A stretch of 64,000 nt of DNA from the human T2T-CHM13v2.0 reference genome, Homo sapiens. The DNA is taken from the NCBI RefSeq assembly GCF_009914755.1, contig NC_060925.1; one strand, given 5' to 3'. This document shows, in pieces, positions 14,165 through 26,581 of this stretch. The notes beneath the pieces are model-generated. The model was given only the letters and a program-made list of their open reading frames with translations. It searched no databases and was not told the DNA's origin. The number at the start of each line of letters is the position of its first letter. Within the stretch, counting starts at the first letter, position 1. The position numbers and the translations under genes were made by a program.

Positions 14165-14889
14165 TGAAGTGCAGTATAACATAGTTAAATAATGAGAGCA
14201 TATAACGTAGAAATTGTGACGGTGTTTATATCTTTATTCATTTGAGGAGGAAGATAGTGTAAGTAGGAAGAAAGGTGTTTTAAGCTCACACTATAAGATG
14301 GACTTTAAAGAATTTTTTTATTTGCAGCACTTTCTCCTGTTTGCAGCAGAAAGCAGAGGGGTCGTTCACGTGGCTATGGATCAGAGTTTGAAGTGTCCCA
14401 AAGAAAGAGGCTTCAGCATTAAACACAGAGACAAAAAAACCCCAACACAGGTTGTTAACATGTGCAAGAAGCCTACATTTTTCAGCGGGCTTTGGAGGGA
14501 GCAAATCTCTGTGACACTGATAATAAATATGCTGTTGAAAATGCACATTAGGTATTGAAATAAGGAAAGGCCGGACATTTTGCAAATTTTAAAAAGGAAA
14601 TTACAGGCAAATAGGCAAGCAAGTGTAAAGCAGGACCCAGTTAGCATAACAAGTGGTTTAGTACAGTTGGAACATAGTGTGGGGGTGAGGTTTTCAATAT
14701 GCTTTTGTTTTTAAGATAATTTTTAGATTATTGCAATTACTAGCTCTCCCCAGTCTTGTAAGCCAAAAGTGGACCAGAGTTTTCCTTTTCCTGGTATTGC
14801 ATGAGAGATTTTGGACATTACAGTGCAAAACTCTAATAAGGAAATGGATTAAAGTTGCAAGAAGGGTTTAAGCTCAGCTTTGGTAAATG

Positions 14890-15112
14890 GTATAGTATAA
14901 AACCTGACAGATGGGCTTCGAGTTCAGGAAAACTAGGTTCATATTTCAGCTCTGTGACTTGCTAACAGGATGATCTTAGGCAAGCCTAAATTCTATTTTA
15001 CATAATGTAGAGATATTGCCTTCCTCACAAGATGGTTGTTGGGACTAAATAAAATTATGTATGGAAAGTATTTAGCACAGCACATGCCATGTAATTAATG
15101 TTTGGTAAGGGT
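14890..15112 (+). mobile_element. MIR
   Basis: aggttcatatttcagctctgtgacttgctaac..gatcttaggcaag..aaagtatttagcacag. Confidence 0.75.
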
Positions 15113-17210
15113 AAATGATGACATTAATATTGACAACAGCCATGATTGAAATAGACCTAGAAGGGAGATATTGGGAAAAAAACTGTTTGCTTCAGAGAAC
15201 GGACAAAACAGGCAAAAATTTAAATAAACCATATTAGTTTCTACATTATGCTGAGCGATAAGAACCTCAAAGCTTCACAAGCAAGAATGTGCTGGAATAC
15301 TGGAACTTCTTGCATAATAGAAGGGAACCGGAGCTTGAGAGAGTAAGACAATGTAATCAACTTTCTGCCTTTGTACTTGGCACGTAGCTCACTTAAGAAT
15401 GCTTTTCTCTCATCAAATGGCCAGCTAGTGTCAAAAGATCAGTGCTAATCTCAGTGAACTCCAACATGCTTGATTCTAGAACTTTAGAATGCCACAATAT
15501 TCACTTACTGGGTGAGGCCAATAACAGAGAGAGAAATAGTCTCAATGGATTGTCAAGAATGAAAAAAGAAAATGTTTATTTTTAAAAGTCCTTTTGGCCT
15601 TAAAAAATGTGTTTCTTTTGCAGTGTTATTTCAGTTCTGTAGTGCTAGTCAGGTCTTATACTAGAAAGGATGTACAAATGCTGTCATAGGAAAATTCCTG
15701 CTGCTCTTTGTTCTAAATTTCACCATCACCCTTTAAGACTGTGCCCCCCATGGAAATGTTATATAAGGCCATCATTTTTCCTGAATTGTTTATTAAAACA
15801 ATTTTTGAAATGGTTGAAGATTTTTATCTATGTTACCATCATCAATACCATGTCGATAAAATATTTTCCTGCTGATCTTCTCAGGCTCTAAAGAAAAGCT
15901 TTCTATCCCATAATATGCTCTGACTTCTGAGATGATTACATTTTATGCTGGCTCATGGTATAAACTTTCAAAGCCGCCAGCTGAGTTGTCATTGTAGTAC
16001 AGCTGATTCCTTGATTGATATACAGTGTCTGAGATGTCTTTGTTCTCCCGACTTCCCACTGGTTAACAGATTACAGATCAGAATAAAAGAAAAGAGTGTA
16101 ACAACCAAAGGAACACTGGGGTCTCTAATGATATCAGAGGTTACCTTCTCTTTAAGAGAGGATTTGTTACTTTAAAATGATTGGATCAACCTAATATGTC
16201 ATGCTGGGCAAGTCAACTCAACTAAAGACGGGGCTTTGGAAAGCTTTCTTCCTGATCTGGGAGTTCATCTAATTTTTGGCTACAGAAAATCTATGTCTTG
16301 AGAAATTAGATGTCTGGAACGATCTTTAACCTTAGTGGGTGGCTTTTTTGGTTGTTGTTGGAGTGCTGCACAATTGTGAGGAAAAATACAATTTTCCTTA
16401 TAACGCATGGAAATAAAGGTCTTTTTAAAATTATGACTTCATTATGTAATAGGAATGCTGGCCTATTAGTTTGCAGAAAAGAGATAATACTTTCCATTTG
16501 CTCTGAGAAAATTGTGGCTGTTTTGTTTTCTTTTCTTCCACAATGAAAGAAAATTGACATATTGAGACATTCTTTGGAAAGCATATAGGACATCCAGAGT
16601 CAGCTTCCATTCTGTGTATACTCAAACTATCAAAATATTCAGAACTAAGCCTTGATCAGTTAACTAATTTTTCTGTTTTAGAAACTTCTCTGAATCCATT
16701 ATTATGTAAAACAAATAAAATTGGTTTTTCTTTCAAAGATAAATATCCACTGTGCTTCAATACTTATCAGGGTTATGACTTCCTAGCTGCCTATTTACCA
16801 TTTTTCTACAGAAATAGAAACTCTGCCTCCTCCCTCCCCCATCTTCTCCATGGTGCAATAGCCAGGTGAGTTTGAGAGGTAAACGCTTTAGATTTAAAAT
16901 CACTTTGCTGAATCTCATCTGTGAGCTTTTACTCCTAATGAAATGCACTGATAGATCTTACACACTTGTCTCATGCAACAGCTATTTGGTGAAAGAAGTC
17001 AGCATGCAGATGTATCCTCTAACAAGGAAAACTAAGACAAACCATATCATATTGTATTTGAATCGGTGTAGGCTGAGATCACCACAGAGAAAATGTATAG
17101 TCTATTTCAAACAGCCAAGGAGGAGAGTTTGAAACAAAAATCATTAGGCTGAACAGCATTCTGCTTGACAGTAAAATTTGAGTTGTTGTTTTATATCTAT
17201 GAAGGATCTT

Positions 17211-18172
17211 TTTTTTTTTAAGAAAACTTTTAAGTTCAGTGGTACAAGTGCAGGTTTGTTACATAGATAAACTTGTGTCACGGGGGTTTGTTGTACAGAT
17301 TATTCCAGATATTAGCCCTAGTACCCATTAGTTATTTTTCCTGATCCTCTCCCTTTTCCCACCCTCCCCCACAAAAGGCCCCAGTGTGTGTTGTTTCTGT
17401 CTATGTGTCCATGTGTTTTCATCATTTAGCTCCCACTTATAAGTGAGAACATGTGATATTTGGTTTTCTGTTCCTGTGTTGGTTTGCTAAGGATAATGGC
17501 CTCCAGCTCCATCCATGTTCCTGTAAAGGACATGATCTCATTCTTCTTTATGGCTGCATAGTATGCCATGGTGTCTATGTAACACATTATCTTTATCAGG
17601 TCTATTATTGATGGACACTAAGGTTGACTCCATGTCTTTGCTATTATGAGTAGTGCTGCAGTGAACATACATGTGCATGTATCTTTATAATAGAACACGA
17701 ACAACAGTCAAGCTGAGAACCAAATCTGGAATGAACTCCCATTCACAATTCCCACAAAAGAATAAAATATCTAGGAATACAGACAACTAGGGAGGTGAAA
17801 GATTTCTACAAGGAGAACTACAAACCACTGCTCAAAGAAATCAGAGATGACAAAAACAAATGGAAAAACATCCCCTGCTCATGGATAGAAAGAATCAGTA
17901 TCATGAAAATGGCCATACTGCCCAAAAAATTTATAGATTCAATGCTATTTCTATTAAATTACTATTGACATTCTTCAAAGAACTAGAGAAAACTATTTTA
18001 AAATTCATATAGAACCAATAAAGGGGCTGAATAGCCAAGGCAATCCTAAGCAAAAAGAACAAAGCTGGAGGCATCACATTACCCAACTTCAAACTATACT
18101 ACAGGGCTACAGTAACCAAAACTGCATTGTGTTGGTACAAAAACAGATACATCGACCAATGAAACAGAATAC
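17211..18172 (-). mobile_element. 5'-truncated, 5'-inverted L1 (L1PA13-16/L1PB-like): 3' end on - (17211-17695), ORF2 piece on + (17696-18172)
   Basis: Poly-T then L1 3'UTR, abrupt strand switch at ~17695, degenerate TSD gaaggatctt / gcatgatctt. Confidence 0.88.
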
Positions 18173-18252
18173 AGCATGATCTTATTTCATCAGACAGTTT
18201 CACCTTGCTCTATTCAGTCCCATTGTGCTAGGCTTAGGGACTTCAGTCCCAG

Positions 18253-18793
18253 TGAAGGAAATTAGAATATGTCACCCCAAAATATACCTCTTTAACATAG
18301 AGAAGGTAACCTCTAATTTTTTAACTAAAGGCAGTTAAGAAGCAGCAAAGGGAGAGAAGCTCTCTCTATCCTCCTTTTCTGCCTGAAGACAGGATATAAA
18401 TTATCTTTTACTGGAGACAGTTCTTATCAGCCCAGAGATGGCACCAGAGGAATATGCAAACAAGCCTTGCTCTATTAGTTTATTTTCATAAATTTACCTT
18501 CCCACAGTTTCCCACCTCTGGAAGCCTTAAACTGTTTTCCTTTGTCCTGTTACTTCTCTAAAATTTATTGTTCTTTGCTGAAGGTCTTATATAAGCCAGG
18601 TTTTTAAGCCAGTGCTTTGAGTCACCTTTCATTGAAGTTTCTTCTGTGTGAAGTGCACTGCATGTATTTGTAAACCTACTTGTTTTTCTCCTGTTAATCT
18701 GTCTTTTGTTACAGGAGTCAGTCCCAACTACAAATTTAAGAGGATCACAGAAACACCCACAAACTTACGAGGATCACAGAAAACACCCCTACA
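18253..18793 (+). mobile_element. ERV1 solo LTR (MER34/MER39-related)
   Basis: TG..CA ends, tcaccccaaaatata start motif, TATA tatataag (~18588), cttgtttttctcctgttaatctgtcttttgttacagg U5 motif, 4-bp TSD ccag/ccaa. Confidence 0.85.
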
Positions 18794-19404
18794 CCAACTT
18801 ATAGCCAATCTATTCAACCTGCATTGTTAGCAGGTAAGACTGTTTGTTCAGGGGCTACTTATAATAGTAGAAAACACTTTGTTTTCTTAAAAGCAGACCT
18901 GAGAGGCTCTGACTCCTTCAAATATACTGATCTCCTTCCAATAGGCAATGTGCTGGTCTTATTTGTGGGAGAGATATGCAGCTGATCCTTCTGATCCATT
19001 TAACCAACAGTGGAAAAAAAAAATCATGGCTGGAATTGTTCTTTTACCTTGGAAACAAAAGTTTCACAGAGCTAGTGGGCATGATGGCTGTGACAAATAG
19101 CTATTGGTAGGATAGTATGGAGCCAGCACATGGATATTTCAGAATAGCCACTCTAGTCGAGGAGGCAGAACAGCAAGGCATAAGGTAAAGTGAGCTTGGA
19201 GGAAAGCATCTTTAGTAAGAAAAGCCTTTCCCTGGTTCTACTGGCCCCTCTGGGATATGATTCCTATGATAAACAATATGCTCTGTTAATTCTTTTGCCC
19301 TGTGTGTCTCATGTAAATAACAGTGTCATTTATAGAATGCCTAACCATGGTGCCTAAACAGGCACTGCATACGTTCATTTAAAGTCCCTTCTATCAGATA
19401 TTTC

Positions 19405-19525
19405 TATCATATCCTTCCTGTTTTACAGATGAAAACTATGAGACTCAAGAGATTAAGTAACTTTCCCCAATTCACACAGCTAGTGCATATGTATTAGGAT
19501 TCAAATCCACATGTATCTGATTCCT
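19405..19525 (-). mobile_element. MIR
   Basis: ttttacagatgaaaact..gattaagtaactttcccc..cacacagctagt..ggattcaaatcca. Confidence 0.75.
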
Positions 19526-20670
19526 GTATTTTAATTACAATACAAAGCTGTCCCATTTCCTTTCTGCTTTGGCTATTCTCTTTCCTAATAATTCTCAGGT
19601 TTGATTGTCAAGTTACTATCCAAGAGCAGAATTCTTTCTGGAGCCTCCTCACTAAAGTTCTCTGTACTTGTGGATCATTAAGACAAGGACACCAACTGAG
19701 AACTGTTACTAATTGCTTGACCACAGGTTCCAATGCAAAGTGGCAATGCTGATGGACCTCTGTAGAAATGGATTTTTTTAAAGTAACTTTGGGCAAATAA
19801 ATAGTATTAACTCTGTGACACTGACTGAGCTTAAATTAGTCTCAAGCATAATGTTTAATGAAAAACAGAGACACAAAGATACTATCTGATTTTTTTTAAG
19901 TGGACCCACTGCTGGATCTGTTTTAGGTCTAGGCACATGCTTAGAGCTCTGAGAGCTGTAGTTATAAATGTCTTATATTTACAGCATAGCATGATATACT
20001 TGCAGTATTCTATACTGGAATAGATCTTAAATTATTGATGTTTGGTGATCATACACATTCCAAGCCTCATAGGCCTTAGGCCAGGACATTGATGTTATGT
20101 GTTCCTATTATACTGTTTATAATAGGAAATACAGTATTTTTCCGATTTTAAAGTCTCAAAGCAACAATGAGAGGAATCTAAGAAGATGAGCAAGAGAGGA
20201 GTTGAAGACACTAATTAGCTGAGAATAGAGGGTATCTGTGAAGTCTGTCTCCAGCCATGAATCCCCTGCCTACGGTTCCTTCTTGCTCCAGTACAGCCCC
20301 CTTTGAAGCTGCTAAGGAGCAGACCCTATGCCTAGGAAAGCAGGACTTCAGGTCTTTTGAATTTAAAAACTTACTCTGGTTGCTTTTACTGGCAGCATTC
20401 ACTTTTTGGTTGAGTAAGAGCAAGGCACTGATGGAGAGGAGAACATTAAGAAATATAAAATATAATCTCTAACCCAAGAAACCCAGTCAAGGTGGGGAGT
20501 GGGAGAATGTTTTACATATGTATAGCGTTTAACAGAAGCACTTGTAAAATGTTGAGTGCCAGAGTTGTGGGGTGAAATTTCAGAGGAAGGGTAAAGCATG
20601 TGATCTCACACGCTATGTTCTAGCCACAATAATAGCTCATAGGTATAAGATAATTTTCCAGAGGTCCTAT

Positions 20671-20672
<2 letters not shown>

Positions 20673-20710
<38 letters not shown>
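20673..20710. repeat. (GT)19 microsatellite
   Basis: Direct reading. Confidence 0.97.
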
Positions 20711-20712
<2 letters not shown>

Positions 20713-21838
20713 CTTTTTCCCATCAACCCAACAATGCTAAGCTCTAAGCTCTAGGTTTAAAATATCTGGTTTTGAAATGCACTTTCACCACCTTGTAGCT
20801 GAATTGTGTTGTCTACATTTTTTTGTGCCACTATCTCCTTATCTGTTTTAAAAAAAATACTAATTTTAAAAAGCCTTATTGTATTAAATGTGAGGAGTAA
20901 ATGAAATAATTTATATAAAGATCTCAGTGTAGAGCTTGGCACATGGAAGATTCAGTAAATAATACTGTGGCAGATATTGTTGATTGCTTACTTAATATTC
21001 ATTCACTCCTTCTTTGCTGACAAAACTCCAGATTGGGGAGCAATGTGCCCAGATAGACGCTCATATTTCAGTTTCCCTTGAGCCAACAGTAGCCACACAA
21101 CTTCATGGCTTGGTTCTGTGTCCTTCATTGCTTGGTTCTGTGTGCAGCTGTGCTTAACACATGGTAGATGGAAGTCTCCTGAATGTTTTGGGGGAGGGTT
21201 TGCTTTCCTATTAAAAGGGGATATATCTGCCTGGCATCATCCCTTTCTCATTTTTCTTTCCTTGAATGTGGATCTAATGTCAGGAGCTGAAGCTACCATA
21301 TGTGACCCAAGCATTGGGGCTCAGAAAATGATAACACAAAGTATGGCACTTTGGCATGCTGAGTACTTTGAACTAAAGGAGATGGGAAAGCCTCAAAAGC
21401 AAAATCTCTCTCTGACCTTCTCCTGCTCTCTTTCTCTCCTGAAGTGAGTCGTAGAATTCCTCTTGCCTAGAGTGGGTCATAGAAACTAGAACCCTTTCCC
21501 CAAAGCAAGCCATTAAACTTAGAAAGGTCACTCTTTTCTCTTCTCCCTTAAAGAACCTCATATCAGAGGGGTCCTGGCCCATATCTAGGAGGAAGGAATT
21601 CTACAGAAACCCAGAAGAATCTGAACAGACAGGACTTACTGGGTTTTCCTCTGTCTTTTACCACTCAATCACCCTTTTTGTCTAATCACATTTCAACATG
21701 GATGTCCACTCTTCATCAAACCTAAGCATAAAAGTAGTTTTCCCTGGGTCTTTTGGTCTTCATTTCTGAAGGCTCCTGTGTCACATAAAACTTTGATTAA
21801 ACAAATTTGTCATGCTTTTCTCTTGTTAACCTATCTTT

Positions 21839-21907
21839 TATTATAGGAGGATCAAACGTAGCACTTACAATGGGTGAGTAAGTGCTACGTTTGCTCCTCC
21901 TATAATA
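21839..21907. other. 30-bp inverted repeat (1 mismatch) with 9-nt loop; pre-miRNA-like hairpin
   Basis: TATTATAGGAGGATCAAACGTAGCACTTAC (21839-21868), loop AATGGGTGA, GTAAGTGCTACGTTTGCTCCTCCTATAATA (21878-21907). Confidence 0.95.
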
Positions 21908-21944
21908 TCAAGTTATCACACCCCTTTCCTGCCCCTACAGTTTC

Positions 21945-21962
21945 TGGTGCCCAATGTGGGGT
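21945..21962 (+). promoter_or_regulatory. Retroviral primer-binding site, tRNA-Lys(CUU) type
   Basis: TGGTGCCCAATGTGGGGT versus canonical TGGCGCCCAACGTGGGGC; 3 C>T changes; 5 nt after the LTR end. Confidence 0.85.
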
Positions 21963-23307
21963 CATTGAAACACCTCACACCAGATCTTGGGACAACTAAC
22001 AAAAAATCAACAACAACAACAACAACAACACACATTTTTTTTTTTAAACCAAGGTCACCTCTCCTGGATCTCTGCCTGTAGTGCCCAATTAAGAATGGAA
22101 GGTAAGCATTTGTTTTTATCCCTTCCTTCCCAAATTCAGATTAGCAGGAAGAAATCATTTGTTTGGATTGTGTCTTTTGTGTAAATTTGGTTTGGAAGTA
22201 CATATTTGTTATTGATCTTTTCCTTTCCGGGGACATCCATTTCTTTCCTATTTGTCTTGTTCTGTGTCCTGAAGGTTTGGTTTTATGATCAGTGAGAATA
22301 TTCTCTCTGGTCTCTACCAGCTGGGGGATGCAAGTGTCAGCTTACATCAGGCAGCCAGTCCAAATGTTTTTTTTTTTTTGTCATGTAGTGTCAGCTCTCA
22401 GGGGAATTTGTCTTATTAGAGGTTCCAATTCATGAGAGGCCTGTTTTTTTTTTGTTTTTCTTTTTTTTTTTTGTTTTTTTTTTTTTGGTCTCAGCCTTCA
22501 TTGCTTAGTTCTGTGGCAACAAAGGTCTTTTTTTCTTTTGACTGTCTTTTGCGGATGATTCTGGATCTTGGGAGGACTACATCTTTTTGCACCCTCTTTT
22601 CAGGACATCTCTTTCATCCTTGGTTAAGTCATAAAAGACTGACTGATTTTGGTTCTGAGTCACTTGGTTGGGGCCTCAGTTTAAAAGCAGAAAAAAAAAA
22701 GCCACAAGTAGTTCAAGCAGTTGCTGTTTGTTCTGGCTGAAATCTGAAAATAAAATATTTGAAAAGTTTTTTTGTTTTGTTTTTTTCTTCAATGAATTCT
22801 GTGGTCAGAAGTCTGATTAATTGAAAGCTGATATTCAGGCTTTACTTTTTTTAAGGCCTCTGTGTTCTCACTATTGGATATTGCTTCTTCCATGGGAACT
22901 TAGTTGACTGAAACTCCTCTTGTTGAATCCCTGCTAACTATATGCTCAGCCCTTCTGTTTTCTTTCTTGCTGGCAAGATTTTTTTGCTGAGGAGAATGTA
23001 GAATATCATTGGTTTTTTAGGGGGATGGGGAAGGGGACTCAAAATCTTCTTAAACTGGCTTCTCTAAGACCCCTTCTTAGAAGGACTCTGGTTTCTGTGG
23101 CCAGACTTTAGTTAGGCTTCTAAACCTTCTCCTAGGTCCATCTGTATATGTCCTTGTAAAATCCTGTAGTAAATTCCCATAATTTTATGTTACCTCAGCA
23201 TTCATTTTGAATCTTCCTCTGTGTCTCACTTAATTGACATACCTGAGCCTAATGAGCCTCCCAGTTGGGGCTCTACCATAGAGTGGCTATCTTGATAAGC
23301 CCATCTC

Positions 23308-23345
23308 TCTCACTAGAGAGTGTCTATAAACACTCTCTAGTGAGA
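23308..23345. repeat. Perfect 16-bp inverted repeat, 6-nt spacer
   Basis: TCTCACTAGAGAGTGT-ctataa-ACACTCTCTAGTGAGA. Confidence 0.95.
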
Positions 23346-24582
23346 ACTTCAGACAAAAATCGAGAAAAATGCAACAAATTCAGTTGTAACAGAAATGGAT
23401 AACTCGTCCACTCAGGTGGGTCTTTGAAGACATTTAAACAGCTGTAAGATGTCTCCTCAGGCACTAGCTTACAATCTAGTTCATAGTCTCCATAAGATCG
23501 GTCTCTGATAGTAGGCTTTCTCTGTGCCTTTGATTCGTAAATTTTCTACACTCTTCTCTAGAACTTGATAGTTACCCTTTGCAATAAAAACTTCAGGGAG
23601 ATGACTTTCATAGAAAAGAGAAAAAAATAAACTATTTGGAAACTGGTCAAATGAAAACTCTTAAAAGCCTTCTCCAGAAAAATTGGTAAAAAGCTGTAGT
23701 CATTTGAGAAGATAGCCTTACCTTACCCATTTGACAGATCCAGCTAGTGAGCTTTAAATTATTGAACCTGGCATGTGGCTAAAAGTTATAGAATAGAAAC
23801 TGTAAAATCTGCTCTGTCTGTATGTTTATATCATTAAATCTAATACAGACATACATTTTTGCCTGGGTTTTTGGTACAGACAGGTTTGTATTGTCTCTGT
23901 TAGATGTTTAAGATTATAAAACTAGAAATCTAGCCTAAAAGCAGAATGCACAGTAAAACATGAATTAATTGCTTGATGCATGTCAGTTTCTAAAAAAAAA
24001 AAAAAAATAGAGGAGATAACATGTTTAGCTTTTTAGTTTGTGTCTGTGATTTTTTGATACTTCTCTGATTTGTCAACAAAAAAGATAAGATAGTGGTTAG
24101 CTTTATTTACTGTGTTATAAAATTTTCATACACAGTTCAAGCATAATTCTTAAAGATGAATGAATTAGATGAATGTGAGATAAAAGTCTATGAGTAAAAT
24201 TTTCAATATAATTATGCTTTATAACATATGTCTACTTAAGAATATCTTCAAAAATCTTTTTTGGTAACTTAAAACCTTAATGTGAGATTAAGTAATATGT
24301 ACTTGCTATATGCCTCAGTAAGGTAAAATACTAAAACATTAAGTACTAAGCATAAGTTTAAGTTTAAATATTTTAGCATCCTGTTTTTATATGTCATAGA
24401 GAGCTACATATATCTGAGTCTGGTAATAAGCATGAAAAACTGAGGAAACATCTTTCTGGAAATTATAAAATGGTAAATGCTGATGTAAGCCAATTTACAA
24501 TGCTTGCTAGTTTTCATTAGAAATTAAGGTTACTAGAGTTAAAGATTATAATTAGCATATGTTATTAAGCTACTAGAAATTA

Positions 24583-25572
24583 CAAGCATACCTTGGAGAC
24601 GTTGCAGGTTTGGTTCCAGATCATTGCAATAAAGTGAATACTGCAATAAAGTGAGTCATACATACTTTTGATTTCCCAGTGTAATAGGAGTTATTAAGAA
24701 ATTATTTTAGGCAAATAAAGAGGAAAAGGGGTCCTTGGGAAGTTTTTGTTTCTTTTAAGCAGCTCCAGAAACATTTTTTGCCTAGCAGGAAAGCCCTGGT
24801 TCTTAAAGCTCGGTCAGCAAACTTTGATATGCAAATGGGCCCCTTAGAAACTGGGTCCACCAAAACATGTCAATTCCTGGCAACTTCTTCCTTGCCCCCA
24901 CATGTGCCTGGCAACATGGTTGCCCCCACATATCCCCACGTGTGTAGAACATCATGGTGCTGTGCATTTGCATATTGAAAGGCTAGGGTGGAAGGGCTAG
25001 GTTTTTCACAGCTCCATAAATGACCTGCCTGGTCAAAGCAGCCCCTGAGCCCTATGCAAATCAGACACCACCTCCTCCAGCCTTCTCATATAAGCAGCCA
25101 CTTTTCCGCTGCACAGGGGAGTTTCCTCTCTTGGCTTTGGAGCCCTCCCTCCCTCTGTCTCTGTGTCGGGGAGTTTCTTCCTTCTTTCTCGTCTATTAAA
25201 CTTCCCGCTCCTTAAAACCACTCCATGTGTCTCCGTGTCATTTTATCAAAATTGGGATGAGACTAAGGACCCTGATATTCCTCCAGTCATCGGAGTCATA
25301 TCACTAGTGCATATAAAAGTCATGTTTATACGATATTGTAGTCCATTAAGTGTTCAATGCATTATGTTGAAAAAAAAATTGTACTTGCCTTAATTTAAAA
25401 ATACTTCCTTTGCTAAAAAAATGCTGACAAAAACAAAGTGAGCACATGCTATTGAAAAAATGATGCAAATAGACTCACTCAACTTAGAGTTGCCACAAAT
25501 TGTCAATTTATTTAAAAATGCAATATCTGCAAAGCACAATAAAATGAAGAGCAACAAAATGAGATATGGCTG
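24583..25572 (+). mobile_element. Internally deleted Tigger1 DNA transposon split by an LTR
   Basis: caagcataccttggaga 5' end, aaaatgagatatggctg 3' end, TA dinucleotides on both sides. Confidence 0.88.
24680..25303 (+). mobile_element. ERV1 solo LTR (MER61/MER83-group-like) inside Tigger1
   Basis: TG..CA ends; TSD ccag/ctag; catataag TATA-like and attaaa signals; Tigger1 sequence resumes exactly after it. Confidence 0.85.
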
Positions 25573-25927
25573 TATAGAGAAACAACTCTGTATGTGAAGA
25601 AAATAGATGTTTTGATAAAGAAAGGTACAAAAGTATTTTTTTTAAAAAAAAAAAGCTTATGGATATAACAAAAAGTTATAAAAGGTTTGTAAAAATTTTA
25701 CCTTGTGTTATCAGTCAAAGATGACTGAGACTGGATAAATTTATTCATCAGGTTTTATTAAAATTAGCTATATTACCCTGATCTAACTAGAATTTCTTTT
25801 TCTTAGTTTAAAATCATGACGTTTTCTTGGAGTATTGGTCTGAGAATGTGAAGGGGTTTTTTTTTTTTCTCCTTTTAAATAATTTGTTAGGAAACAAATA
25901 TTTTGTGTTTTGTCAAGATAATTTCTA

Positions 25928-26232
<305 letters not shown>

Positions 26233-26272
26233 GATAATTTCTTACACTTTGTGTTATTAGGTCTTTGATTAC

Positions 26273-26581
26273 TTTTTTTTTTTTTTTTTTTTTTGAGACA
26301 GGATTTCACTTTGTCACTCAGCCTGGGGTGCAGTGGTGTGATCTCAGCTCACTGCAACCTCCGCCTTCTGGGCTTAACTGATCCTTTCATCTCAGCCTCC
26401 AAGTCCCAAGCTGGGACCACAAGTGCATGCCACAATGCCCAACTAATTTTTTGTAGTTTTTGTAGAAATGGGAGTTTTACTATTTTGCCCAGGCTAGTCT
26501 TGAACTCCTGGGATCAAGTGATTTGCACACCTCAGCCTCCCAAAATGTTGGAATTACAGGCCTGAGCCACCACACCCCGCC
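26273..26581 (-). mobile_element. AluJ
   Basis: Poly-T then diverged Alu; TSD ttgatta(c/t)tt. Confidence 0.9.

Noticed and set aside
14286-14647. Three overlapping ORFs and a CACGTG E-box in unique DNA
   Set aside because: No recognisable protein similarity or convincing splice context; a single 6-mer is expected by chance.
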